Source: Bdellovibrionota bacterium (GTDB lineage: Bacteria; Bdellovibrionota_C; UBA2361; JAAYZI01). From it: a stretch of 64,000 bases of DNA. This document shows, piece after piece, positions 50,912-60,979 of the stretch. The stretch's first letter is position 1; each line of letters begins with the position of its first letter. The notes beneath the pieces are model-generated. The model ran no database searches. It saw only the letters and a list, made by a program, of their open reading frames with translations, and was not told the DNA's origin. Location of the stretch: contig JBMNIF010000002.1 in the NCBI GenBank assembly GCA_050950765.1, forward strand, positions 864,001 through 928,000, read 5' to 3'. The position numbers and the translations under genes are program-made.

Positions 50912-51867
50912 AGCCAATCGGGAAGGAGTGCTTCTGGAACTGAAACCTCGAGGGGGGTGTGGCTAAAGGGGTGGATAATGGAAAGTTTGTAACTTAGTAG
51001 GTGTAGGGTAGGCGCTGCTGCACCGGCGTAAAAGGTATCTCCAAGTAGTGGAAAACCTGCAAAGGCGCTGTGTACACGGATTTGATGAGTGCGACCCGTT
51101 AGAGGTTCAGCTTGTAAAATGGTTGTGCCGTGAGGAGTTTCGTATAGTCGTGTAAATTTTGTGATCGCACTTTTTCCGTCTTCAGGTGTTGTTACCTTTC
51201 GTAGTACGGGGTGTCTTAAATCCCGACCGATCGGTTTATCAACGGTAAAGGTAGCGTCTACTGTTTTACCACTTACCTCTAACAGATAATATTTGTGGAT
51301 GGAGCGACGTTCAAACATCTGTTGTAAAGCGATGTGAGAGCGTCTTGATTTACTAACGATGATAACCCCCGCTGTTGCCACATCAAGGCGTGATGGCATG
51401 TGTAACTTACGCCCTGTGTAATCTTCCAGTGATCTTAAAAGGCTGAACTTGGATTGCTCCTTAGCAGGTTTACTGGGAAGCCCTGCCGGTTTAAAGGCGA
51501 CTAATAGGTCATCATCTTCAAAAAGGAGGTGCTTCTCCGGTAAAAATGGTGGATAGAGGTGCGCCATCTCTGCAAGAGGTAGCTTCGGCTCGAAATATTC
51601 TATCTTACACGGTGCAGAGAGGATTATATCAGAGGTAACAGGTCGTCCGTTGATAAAGATGCCGCCCCACTCAAAACGTTCTTGCCAATCATCATGATTT
51701 AGCTCTGGAAATTTTTTTTTGAAAAAAGTTAGAAGAGTTTCACCTGATTTTAGCTCCTTTTTGTACACTTTCCACATCCAATGTTTAGTGTTGAGGATGT
51801 CGTATATTTTTGAGATCTCCTGATTCTTCATGACGGGGATGGTAATACCGACAGAATTTTTGAGCAA
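50887..51867 (-). CDS. RluA-family pseudouridine synthase
   Basis: KPAGLPS, SRLDVATAG, TGRTHQIRVH, LLGD. Confidence 0.9.
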   Translation of the reverse strand: MLKNSVGITIPVMKNQEISKIYDILNTKHWMWKVYKKELKSGETLLTFFKKKFPELNHDDWQERFEWGGIFINGRPVTSDIILSAPCKIEYFEPKLPLAEMAHLYPPFLPEKHLLFEDDDLLVAFKPAGLPSKPAKEQSKFSLLRSLEDYTGRKLHMPSRLDVATAGVIIVSKSRRSHIALQQMFERRSIHKYYLLEVSGKTVDATFTVDKPIGRDLRHPVLRKVTTPEDGKSAITKFTRLYETPHGTTILQAEPLTGRTHQIRVHSAFAGFPLLGDTFYAGAAAPTLHLLSYKLSIIHPFSHTPLEVSVPEALLPDWLLPPFNTR

Positions 51868-52008
51868 CTTCTTGAAAAAAATAAGAAAAAAGCCACCTTT
51901 TTAGTAGCGAATATTTTTCAGTCGTTGTATGAATAGGGTAGTAGTAGCGAATTGTTTTGTTTAAATGATACAGCCCTTCTTTTTTTGGCTTATCGCGGAA
52001 TAGAGATT

Positions 52009-53784
52009 ATGCTTCAGGATTACACAGCTATGGTAACAGGGAGTGTTGAACTCGTACGGGTTGTTCAACAGGAAGAAGTTCGCACGCTACATTGCTCTGG
52101 GTATTTAGAGTGTTCGGAAGGGCATGTTGATCTTTTACAAGTAGCCATTCCTGGTCGTCCGATGATCGTAGCTGAGTTATCACCTTATATCACTACGCAA
52201 CACTCTTCTACTGAAAAGTTACGATTCTCTGTCACCTTTGAAATCGCTGAAGAGGAGCCGCTCTTAAAAGAACTTTTCCTTTTGGCGCATAAAAGTGACG
52301 GTACCTTTTGTTCGTTAAAGTTACAGATTCCACAATCAGCTATCGAGCTTGAACACATTCCCGAGTGTCCAAGTATCTTACTTGAATCGATCACACGTAG
52401 AGTTGAGGTTGAGTATCAAGCTTTCATTGATAGAGGCGCTGGAATGGCGTTAGTGCAAAGTCAGAAGCCGGAGTTTAGTATTATAATCACCCCTGGAGAA
52501 CCTGCGCAGATATTTTCAGCTGTGCGTGGTATTGAGCAATCTCTTCTAATCCGTTCAGAGGTGTTTATTCCTGAAGATGGTGAGAACGGAGATCTGCTTG
52601 CTAATTTACGTGGAGTTAGACGGTATCAAGTTACTGATGGGCTCTTTGCAGGGATAAATCAAGCCATAACAGAGTCACGCGGACGGATCGTTATGTTGAT
52701 GGATCCGCGTGCTATCGCCCTGACAGGTGCTGCTGATATCGCACTTAATCTGTTTTCTGCCTCTGATAAGGTTGGAGCGGTGGTGGGTAGGGTCTTAAGA
52801 CCTGACGGCTTGCTTTATGAGGCTGGGATTATGCTCGATGATACTGATGCTGTGAAGTTTTTTGGTGCGGGGCATCAAGCTAACGGTTGGGAGTATCTGT
52901 ATGAGCACGATGTTGATGTAGCATCTCCTACATTAGCCTTTTTTGATAGAGCGATGTTGGCAGAGATGTTATTTGATACAACGGCAGAGTCTATTATAGC
53001 AGCGTATACCACTCTTTCCGTTAATATTAGAACCTCTGAAAAGACGATAGTTTATCACCCTGATATAGTCAGCACCGTTATCGCTTATGATTTAGAGAGG
53101 GAGAGCCCTGTTCTTGTAAAAGAAGTTCTTAAAGAAGCACCTTTAGACGGTGAAGATGAAGATCTTGATGATATCTACTATCAAGGTGATGTTATTGTCG
53201 AACCTGTGCCGATGATTCCTCGTCTCGTTAGTAGCGCAGTTGAGAAAGCTGGTGCCTTAGTGGTCTTAGGACACTTAACGGAAGATGTTGTGGGTGAGAG
53301 TCGTTTACACCGAATCTTTGAAACTTTATCGAATGATGGTTTGGCGGTAACGATATTTGCTATGCGTGGTATCTCATGCACCCCTGCTCAGTTAAGACGT
53401 GATCTGCCAGTGACGGTTCAGTATGCAGACGGGATGGAAACTCCTTTATCTCAATTCCTTGAGCAAAATAAAGGGGTCTATGATATGGCTGTTGTGTGGC
53501 AGTTGGCACATTTAAGAAAAGTTTTAGATGCCGTGAAGCCGTATAATATGCCCGTTGTCTGTGATGTTTCGGGGCGTGAAGTCTTTTCCGAGACTGAAAG
53601 AGCGTTAATGCGTAAGGTTTCGACTGTCTGGGTTGAAGAAGAGCGTGAGGCTAGACGTTTGCGTAATATCGGCATTCATCACACTGAAGTCGTATCGTTA
53701 TTAAGTGGAAGTGGTGGTAGCGAATCTTTAGCAGCGTTACTGCTGAAGCTACGAAGCTCACTATTATCACAAACGATCTCATAA
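52009..53784 (+). CDS. Glycosyltransferase-like (degenerate GT2-related) protein
   Basis: FSIII, AGINQAI...GRIVMLMD, VGAVVGRVL.PDG.L.EAG resemble GT2 proteins. Confidence 0.55.
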   Translation: MLQDYTAMVTGSVELVRVVQQEEVRTLHCSGYLECSEGHVDLLQVAIPGRPMIVAELSPYITTQHSSTEKLRFSVTFEIAEEEPLLKELFLLAHKSDGTFCSLKLQIPQSAIELEHIPECPSILLESITRRVEVEYQAFIDRGAGMALVQSQKPEFSIIITPGEPAQIFSAVRGIEQSLLIRSEVFIPEDGENGDLLANLRGVRRYQVTDGLFAGINQAITESRGRIVMLMDPRAIALTGAADIALNLFSASDKVGAVVGRVLRPDGLLYEAGIMLDDTDAVKFFGAGHQANGWEYLYEHDVDVASPTLAFFDRAMLAEMLFDTTAESIIAAYTTLSVNIRTSEKTIVYHPDIVSTVIAYDLERESPVLVKEVLKEAPLDGEDEDLDDIYYQGDVIVEPVPMIPRLVSSAVEKAGALVVLGHLTEDVVGESRLHRIFETLSNDGLAVTIFAMRGISCTPAQLRRDLPVTVQYADGMETPLSQFLEQNKGVYDMAVVWQLAHLRKVLDAVKPYNMPVVCDVSGREVFSETERALMRKVSTVWVEEEREARRLRNIGIHHTEVVSLLSGSGGSESLAALLLKLRSSLLSQTIS

Positions 53785-53845
53785 GAGCAGACAAACGGCT
53801 CTTTTATCTCTTTGTGAGATCACGCCTTGAGCAAGATAAAAACGT

Positions 53846-54042
53846 TTTAAAGAACACTTTTTTCGAAAAATCTTCTAGCATAATCTCTGCAAAGAAAGCG
53901 TGTAGGAATTAAATCCTTGTCACAGACCTTTAAGAACATTTTTTTAAAAAAATCTCCTAGTAGGATCTCTGCAAAGAAAGCGTGTAGGAATTAAATCCTC
54001 GTCGCAGACCTTTAAGAACATTTTTTCGAAAAATCTTCTAGC
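53846..54042. repeat. ~82-bp tandem repeat x2.4
   Basis: ATCTCTGCAAAGAAAGCGTGTAGGAATTAAATCCT twice; AAGAACA...AAAAATC three times. Confidence 0.85.
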
Positions 54043-54062
54043 TAAAAAGTGGCAGTAGAAAC

Positions 54063-54725
54063 TTATTTTTTGGCAGCGTTCTTATGATTTTCAAGGTAGT
54101 TGCGTAAGACGTGCTCGACGCGAGAAAGCTCTTGAACAAGTGTTAGAGGTGAAAGCGACTCCGATGTAACATCTATATCTTTCAGACCAAAGTTCTTAGC
54201 TATCAGTTCAAGTCTTTTTACGAAATCTTCATCTAACGATTCTAAAAATCTGCGACGATTGATATTGCGACGTTCATGACGTAAGGCAACGAGACGTTGA
54301 TAACGTGCAATGCTGTCAGGTAGTGCTGGAGATTTTCTCCCGATATTCGGTTCGCAGATATCTAAAACGGGAGGCACACTTGCTGTATCAAAACTTCTAA
54401 TGTTACCAAATACGATATCGCCGTTCTCCGATGTAATTGCAGCGCTAAATGTGGTGTTACTAGAAGGTAAGTCCTGTTTTTTTACTTTAAAAGAAACTAA
54501 ATATCTACCACTAGCGAGTCGCTCCAATTGCGGTTGAGGTATCTCTTTTATCTTATCATCTGAGATGACTAGCCCCACTGAATCTTTCGGTGAGAAGGGA
54601 GCTTCTACAACGATAAATATCTGTGTATTTTTTTGGGCGTGTGCTTCACTACTTATGAGCAATAAGCAGGGCAGGGAAAAGATAAGTGCTAAAAGTGTTA
54701 AGAGGCGATAGTGGAGTTTAGTCAT
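54063..54725 (-). CDS. Hypothetical exported protein
   Basis: Signal peptide ending AHA; overlaps the upstream gene. Confidence 0.7.
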   Translation of the reverse strand: MTKLHYRLLTLLALIFSLPCLLLISSEAHAQKNTQIFIVVEAPFSPKDSVGLVISDDKIKEIPQPQLERLASGRYLVSFKVKKQDLPSSNTTFSAAITSENGDIVFGNIRSFDTASVPPVLDICEPNIGRKSPALPDSIARYQRLVALRHERRNINRRRFLESLDEDFVKRLELIAKNFGLKDIDVTSESLSPLTLVQELSRVEHVLRNYLENHKNAAKK

Positions 54726-55338
54726 TTTTGGAACCTCCTTTTGAAACCTGTTTAAGAACCTCTTTCAAAAGTAGATCCAGCCGATCTGAAATGTTTTTTG
54801 CTTCAACATACAGTGCGGCTTCATGATCTAAGATCTCCGCTTGAGCTATTAGTGCGGAGATCTGAGCCTCTCCCGATAGCTCTGCCTCTTGATCGAGAGA
54901 CGGCATCTCCGTATTTATTACACACTCTCGCGAGATTGAGACTCGTTCTGAAAAGATAGCGGGAGAATCTTTCGGATACGCTACGAATTGATAAGAGAGT
55001 TCTGCAAGGGGTGCTTGTATATGGAAAAGATACTCCGGAAGGTCGTGACGATTGAGATAGGCTTTTTCTGGAACCACTGTAAAGAGTTCACCATCAACCG
55101 TTATCAACGCTTTAACGGGGATCTTAGTATCTCTGGTATTTTCTAACTGAGCATATAAGGGGATCCTGTAACCTGGTTTCGAAAGCTCCTCGTGGCTTAT
55201 TTCAATCGGATATATCTCAACTCCTGTTTGTGCAGTAGCGATATTTGCGATTAATAATAACGCCGCAAAACAGATCGTCCTGATTTGGGAGAGCCATGTT
55301 AAACTTATTTTTATTACATTAGAGGCTTGAGTTTCCAT
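54718..55338 (-). CDS. Hypothetical exported protein
   Basis: Signal-like N-terminus (ATA-Q); overlaps the kinase gene. Confidence 0.7.
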   Translation of the reverse strand: METQASNVIKISLTWLSQIRTICFAALLLIANIATAQTGVEIYPIEISHEELSKPGYRIPLYAQLENTRDTKIPVKALITVDGELFTVVPEKAYLNRHDLPEYLFHIQAPLAELSYQFVAYPKDSPAIFSERVSISRECVINTEMPSLDQEAELSGEAQISALIAQAEILDHEAALYVEAKNISDRLDLLLKEVLKQVSKGGSKND

Positions 55339-57419
55339 GTTCCTGTCTCCTCTGTAGTTATGTTTCTAAAAGTTCCTGCTATCTCCCCGTTATCTGATTC
55401 TCCGTCTTGTAGTAACGTTAAGAAAAGTCCGTTAGATCTGATATGAAGTTTTTTTGAAGCAGCAGCGCTGCTTTTTACGGTAACGGTAACAGGTTGCCAA
55501 CCGTTAATCCCGACAATGACCGTTACACAATTCTTTTCAGGATTCGAGACCAATATAAGGGGAGCTGTTGGTACCGCTAGTAGATTTTCTATCGTACCGA
55601 AATAGGTGCCGTGCGGAAGTTGCGGGAAGGTTAGTTGCGTTACTTCTGTAACAGGTGGAAGTAACGAAATCGAAGATCTCTGAACTTGATGTTGTATAGG
55701 GCTACCTTTAGTTCGGATAAATACAACGACACCGCTAGCAGCTATTATCAAAAGAATCAATAAAAATAGTAATTTTTTAAAGGCTGAAGATCGGGGACGC
55801 GCACTTGAAATATCGTGTGAAGATGGAACCTCTTGCAACGTTTCAGAGCTAGGTTGATCATCAGAACCGTAAAAATCAAATCCACTTGAACTAATGGCAC
55901 TTTTAGCATCTTCAAGATCTTGATCTGTTGAAACGTTATCCCCCGAAGAGAGGGTGCCTGAAGAGAGGGTAGATCCTGCGGTGGAAAAATCATTTTCAGG
56001 AGACCCTGAAAAAAGGGTATCATTTTCATCATTTTCATCTTGCTCATCTTGTGGAAAGTCTTCTTGCGATTCCTCGCTAAACGTTTCCGCAAACTCGTGA
56101 TGTTGACTAATATCTTCACCGTAATCTTCTTCTCTCGGAATAGCAGCATCGTATTGAGTAGGTGGAAGGTTTTCTTCAACTTCAATAGTAACGTCTGCTG
56201 GATTGATACCTTCTTCCGTTACGTCTTCTAGTGCTAAGTGTTCTTCTTCTGGCGAAGTATCTCTAGAACGTCTTCTATAAGGATGCCGTCTTTTAGGGGG
56301 TTCGTATTCCTCATCAAAGCCACTTTGTTCTGGTTGTGGTTGCGGTGTGTCTAAAATATCTATCTCAGTTAATGAAGCCGCAGGATCGTATTCTGAAGAA
56401 AGAGGGGGGTAAGCAGAAGTGGTAGTGTAACTTTTTGCTTCTACTTCGAGGTCTCCCTCTGCATCTGTTGCGGTTGAGTAAGTTGAGGTATCTTCCTGAA
56501 GATCTTCTACCGCTTCTTCAACTAAAGCTGGTTCTTTATCTAAAGAAAGCCCCTGATCTACAACGTTAATAGGTGATGAATTCTTAAATTTTTCCGTTAA
56601 AAATGCGTTTAACATCTCCGCTGCTGAAGTGAAACGATCACTTGCGTTAAACGCCATAGCTTTCATTATTACATCGCCGAAGTAGGGAGGAATATCAGGC
56701 ACTAATGCAGAGATGGGCAAGATGTTTTCATCTTTTCGTGCCTCAAGGATATTAGCTAAGGGGATATTTGAAAACGGCTGCTCCCCCGAAAGGAGTTCGT
56801 AAAAGGTAACACCTAAACAATATACATCTGTCTGTTGATTGCAAAACTCAGCTTGAAAAACCTCCGGTGCCATGTAATCCATAGTTCCGACACCGTGTTG
56901 TAACTCCTCAACTGAAGATTTTTCTCCTGGTAAGACGGAGATGCCGAAGTCTGCTAAACGTGCCTCTTGATCATTGATGACAAGGATATTGTCAGGCTTA
57001 ATATCACGATGAATTATCTCGGAGTTGTGAATGAAGGTTAACGCTTCTAGCATCTGATTAAAAAAGAGCTCTGCTTGTGGTGGAGTAAGCTTGCCACCCC
57101 GTCTCTGTGTATAAGCACGGAGGTCTCCTTCAGGAGCGTATTCCATACATAGATAGCAGAGGCTATCAATCGAACGAAAATCATCCAAGCGGATAACGTA
57201 TTTGTGACGTGAAGAGACCATCGCCAAAGCTTCCTTCCGCAACTTGTCAACGATATCTTCATGCGAATGTTTATTTATCAAGACTTTTAGCGCAGCATCA
57301 CCGTATGGAGGTGAGATGTGGCGCACTTTGTAGACAACACTACAATTACCTCTACCTACAATAGATAGGATCTCATAACGTCCGTCAAAAACTTTAATTT
57401 TCTTACTTCGTTTGTCCAT
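55314..57419 (-). CDS. Hanks-type Ser/Thr protein kinase with acidic linker, TM and extracellular domain
   Basis: GRGNCSVVY, ALK, HRDIKPDN, DFG, GTMDYMAPE. Confidence 0.93.
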   Translation of the reverse strand: MDKRSKKIKVFDGRYEILSIVGRGNCSVVYKVRHISPPYGDAALKVLINKHSHEDIVDKLRKEALAMVSSRHKYVIRLDDFRSIDSLCYLCMEYAPEGDLRAYTQRRGGKLTPPQAELFFNQMLEALTFIHNSEIIHRDIKPDNILVINDQEARLADFGISVLPGEKSSVEELQHGVGTMDYMAPEVFQAEFCNQQTDVYCLGVTFYELLSGEQPFSNIPLANILEARKDENILPISALVPDIPPYFGDVIMKAMAFNASDRFTSAAEMLNAFLTEKFKNSSPINVVDQGLSLDKEPALVEEAVEDLQEDTSTYSTATDAEGDLEVEAKSYTTTSAYPPLSSEYDPAASLTEIDILDTPQPQPEQSGFDEEYEPPKRRHPYRRRSRDTSPEEEHLALEDVTEEGINPADVTIEVEENLPPTQYDAAIPREEDYGEDISQHHEFAETFSEESQEDFPQDEQDENDENDTLFSGSPENDFSTAGSTLSSGTLSSGDNVSTDQDLEDAKSAISSSGFDFYGSDDQPSSETLQEVPSSHDISSARPRSSAFKKLLFLLILLIIAASGVVVFIRTKGSPIQHQVQRSSISLLPPVTEVTQLTFPQLPHGTYFGTIENLLAVPTAPLILVSNPEKNCVTVIVGINGWQPVTVTVKSSAAASKKLHIRSNGLFLTLLQDGESDNGEIAGTFRNITTEETGTWKLKPLM

Positions 57420-57789
57420 CTATTAAACATACCTGAAATCGTGTGTTGTCCCCAATCCTAATCCAATCGCCGTGTTTCAACTTGACGGGACCTGAGATAG
57501 GACGTTCCTGTTCATTCCCCCTCTGTAAAAAGCTTCCGTTGTCTGAAAAGATGTCCAGAGCAAAAATGGTATGTTGATCAGTCGCTTTTAAAACAAGGTG
57601 CGGAGAGTTTATAGTATCATCATTGATAGCAAGGGTGCGAACGTCTGCGGTGTCATCTTTTGCGATAAAAGTTTTTCCGGTTGTGATTTTATATGAAAAA
57701 CCGGATTCGTCTAACTCATAAGACACCAACCACCCGATTAAACGATCGGAGCTGCGTCGGTTTGCCTGTTTGCGTTGTTTATTGTCCAT
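57403..57789 (-). CDS. FHA-domain protein
   Basis: LIGWLVS, DDTINSPH, DIFSDNGSF, LKHGDWIRIG. Confidence 0.8.
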   Translation of the reverse strand: MDNKQRKQANRRSSDRLIGWLVSYELDESGFSYKITTGKTFIAKDDTADVRTLAINDDTINSPHLVLKATDQHTIFALDIFSDNGSFLQRGNEQERPISGPVKLKHGDWIRIGDNTRFQVCLIDGQTK

Positions 57790-58282
57790 GTCTAAGACCC
57801 TCCCCCTGCTAACGCATATCTTTAAAAATATACGTTAAAATGTAAAAAAATTAGACAGCTTCTCATAAAAAATAGCAACTGAGACGCTTTTAAACTTTAA
57901 TAAAAATTTATGGTACAAGCAGTATTTTTTATCGGCGTCTCTAGCCCCCGAATAACCCTATCGGTAAAAATAAGAAATTGCATAACAGTATTACGAAAAA
58001 ACAGCTGCTTTTTATAACGTTATAAAAACACTTAAAAAGTGATTTAGTGGAAGTTAAAAAGACGCTTGAAAAATACTACCCCCTAAACAGATCTAAAAAA
58101 CTTAGAAAAACTAAGTGTATACACAACTAACTTCTTAAAAAGAGTAGATAATGCTTCATCTTTTTTTATCATTCCAAAGAACAGATAGGTGAATATTTTT
58201 GAGCTAAAATCAGTAAGTTAAGATGCTTCTTGTTGTAAAAACTAAGGTTTCCACTGAAACTTAAAGTAAGGTGTGCAATAAC

Positions 58283-58705
58283 CTATTGCAAAACCTTACT
58301 TTGAGAGAACTTCTTCATTTCAAGGATCTTGTTACATTTCCTATGATCGTTTTTCCCGCCTTGTAAAAGCTCGAACCTGCTTTTTTGTAGACTTTGCTGA
58401 TTAAAAGCTTGTAAAATATCAGAGTAGAGATCGTCTTCAAATTGAGCGTTTTTAACGTCTAATTCGCTTTTTAAACGGACATCGCCGTCGGAGATCTTCT
58501 GCACTATATTTATAAAGTGACCGAGTACGAGTCGTTGCTCCTCCTCGCCGAGTTGGCAGAGCATATCAAGTAATGCCACGACCTTATCTCCGCCAGAATC
58601 TTCCATCAATGTTTTTAACTGCATTTGTAATGCGATTAAATTAGCCGAAAAGTGTTTATTTGAACTATTTCCCATTCCCAATATTTCCCATTCCCAAGGT
58701 GTCAT
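58283..58705 (-). CDS. Hypothetical protein
   Basis: 140-aa ORF (start may be at MGNSS). Confidence 0.6.
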   Translation of the reverse strand: MTPWEWEILGMGNSSNKHFSANLIALQMQLKTLMEDSGGDKVVALLDMLCQLGEEEQRLVLGHFINIVQKISDGDVRLKSELDVKNAQFEDDLYSDILQAFNQQSLQKSRFELLQGGKNDHRKCNKILEMKKFSQSKVLQ

Positions 58706-58915
58706 GGTGTGATCCTTTTTATTAGTGGTTATGCTTCACTCAAAATTTATTTATTTTAGAAAGCAAAAACGTGACCAAATTAAGTATTTGAAAATACAGG
58801 GTAGAAGATACGGAGGTGTTTAAAAGATCGACAATGTGTCCGCCAATTTATTAACTGTCTAGTTCAGTAAAGCTTTGAAGAAGAAAGGTTATTACAATTT
58901 TTTACTTTTTCAGGA

Positions 58916-60835
58916 CTATCCGACGACTGATCTGCTAACGCTTGAAAAACTTTCAAGGATAAAGTGCACGATGGCGCTGGGGTCATAGTGGTTCATCTTG
59001 TGTTGCTCTTGTTGCGTGGCGTGCGCTACAAAGTGGTCTCCTATGCCGAAACGTTTAATGGGCATCTTAAGCGATATAGCGTGATCTGCAGCAAACTCTA
59101 CAAGAGCCGATCCGAAACCTCCTGCCAACATCTGGTCTTCAATAGTGCAAACCATTTTGTATCTCGGAAGGTGTGAGATAAAAAGTTTTTCATCAAGCGG
59201 TTTTGCAAAACGAGCATTGATAACGCCACAAGAAAGCCCTTCATTTGCTAGAAGATCCGCTGCGATCTCTGCATATTGAACCATATTCCCCAGTCCGATC
59301 AGTAGCACATCACTACCGTTACGTAATACCTCCCCTTTACCGATCGGTATCTGGTGTGGGCAAGAATCCATAGCGACACCACGCGCTTGTCCACGCGGAT
59401 ACCTGATAGCAACGGGTGCAGCTAACTTTATTGCTGAAAACAACATGTGTTGCAGCTCGTTTTCGTCTTTTGGAGCCATGATGGTCATGTTGGGAATGCT
59501 CCGCAAAAACGAGATATCAAAAACACCTTGATGTGTTTCGCCATCATCTCCGACCACACCAGCACGGTCTATTGCAAAGACAACAGGTAGCTTCTGAATG
59601 CAAACATCGTGTAAGATCTGATCATAAGCACGTTGTAAAAAAGTCGAGTAGATCGCGCAGACTGGGCGTTTCCCTTCGCAGGCCAATCCAGCAGCAAAGG
59701 TTACACCGTGTGACTCACAGATCCCGACATCATAAAAACGATCGGGGAACTCTCTCTGAAAACGATCTAGCCCTGTCCCTGACGGCATGGCTGCTGTTAT
59801 GGCCACAACTTCCGGCATGGAGTGTGCGATCTTGATTAAAGTATCTGAAAAAACTGAGGTATATGACGGAATCGGAGTTTGCTTTGAGGCAAGCTTTATA
59901 AACTCTCCCTTCTCTTTGCAAAACGGATTAACGCCGTGCCAAACAGTAGGATTCACCTCAGCAGGTTTATATCCTTTACCTTTAGTTGTTACAGCGTGTA
60001 TCAAAACGGGCACGTCCTGTTTCTTTGCTTGATTGAAAGCTCTTACAAGGTCTTTAATGTTATGCCCGTCAACCGGCCCGATATACCTAATACCTAGGGA
60101 CTCAAACAACATGGAGGGACCTGATATAAAACCTTGCGTAACCTCTTCAGCTCGATCAAAAATTTTATACAACAGTTCAGGTATGTAACCACGCTTGTAA
60201 AGGCTCTTTAACTTAAAACGCGCTCTAGTCGGAACGTGCGAGGTGACAGCCATAGAGAAGAGGCGGCTAATAGCTCCGACGTTTGGTGAAATGGACATCT
60301 CATTATCATTAAGCACGATGATAAGGTTGCTCGGACGCACATCTCCAGCGTGATTTAGCGCTTCAAAGGACATACCACACGTCATAGCACCATCGCCCAG
60401 CACCGCTACAACTGATCTCTCGGGAGCTTCTTTTTCTAAGGCGAGAGCCATGCCCACGGCGGCGGAGATACTGGTGCCAGCGTGCCCTGCGCCAAAAGCG
60501 TCATAGGGGCTTTCGTCACGCCGCAAGAAACCGGAGATGCCGTTCTTTTTACGGATACTCTTCATAAGACTTAGCCGCTCCGTTAACATCTTATGAACGT
60601 AACCTTGATGACCGACATCCCAGACAACACGATCTTGTGGAGTATTAAAGGCGTGATGAATAGCAACTGTTAGTTCAGTTACCCCTAAACTGGAGGCTAA
60701 GTGTCCGCCTGACATCGAAACGGTATCGATTAACTCCGAGCGAAGCTCCGCACAGACCTTATCTAATTCCCTGTAACTTAGAGAGCGTAGCCCTTGCGGG
60801 AGTTTAATCTTGTCTATAAGCCGTTTCGTCGCCAT
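58916..60835 (-). CDS. dxs: 1-deoxy-D-xylulose-5-phosphate synthase
   Basis: GGHLASSLG, WDVGHQ, GDGAM, LNDNEMSIS, IYSTFLQRAYDQ. Confidence 0.97.
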   Translation of the reverse strand: MATKRLIDKIKLPQGLRSLSYRELDKVCAELRSELIDTVSMSGGHLASSLGVTELTVAIHHAFNTPQDRVVWDVGHQGYVHKMLTERLSLMKSIRKKNGISGFLRRDESPYDAFGAGHAGTSISAAVGMALALEKEAPERSVVAVLGDGAMTCGMSFEALNHAGDVRPSNLIIVLNDNEMSISPNVGAISRLFSMAVTSHVPTRARFKLKSLYKRGYIPELLYKIFDRAEEVTQGFISGPSMLFESLGIRYIGPVDGHNIKDLVRAFNQAKKQDVPVLIHAVTTKGKGYKPAEVNPTVWHGVNPFCKEKGEFIKLASKQTPIPSYTSVFSDTLIKIAHSMPEVVAITAAMPSGTGLDRFQREFPDRFYDVGICESHGVTFAAGLACEGKRPVCAIYSTFLQRAYDQILHDVCIQKLPVVFAIDRAGVVGDDGETHQGVFDISFLRSIPNMTIMAPKDENELQHMLFSAIKLAAPVAIRYPRGQARGVAMDSCPHQIPIGKGEVLRNGSDVLLIGLGNMVQYAEIAADLLANEGLSCGVINARFAKPLDEKLFISHLPRYKMVCTIEDQMLAGGFGSALVEFAADHAISLKMPIKRFGIGDHFVAHATQQEQHKMNHYDPSAIVHFILESFSSVSRSVVG

Positions 60836-60979
60836 ATTTTAAAATAGATCGCTAAAAACAGATCGAAGAAATAATTAAGGTCAGTAATATTTTTTAGCTG
60901 GCGTAATATACAGCGATAATCCTCACTTGGCAAACAGGGAGGAGGGGGAATTGATAAAAAAGAGAGTAATCCTTTATTG

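Noticed and set aside
57929..57936. Sigma28 -10 element GCCGATAA (minus strand) upstream of the FHA gene
   Set aside because: No TAAA -35 element at the expected spacing
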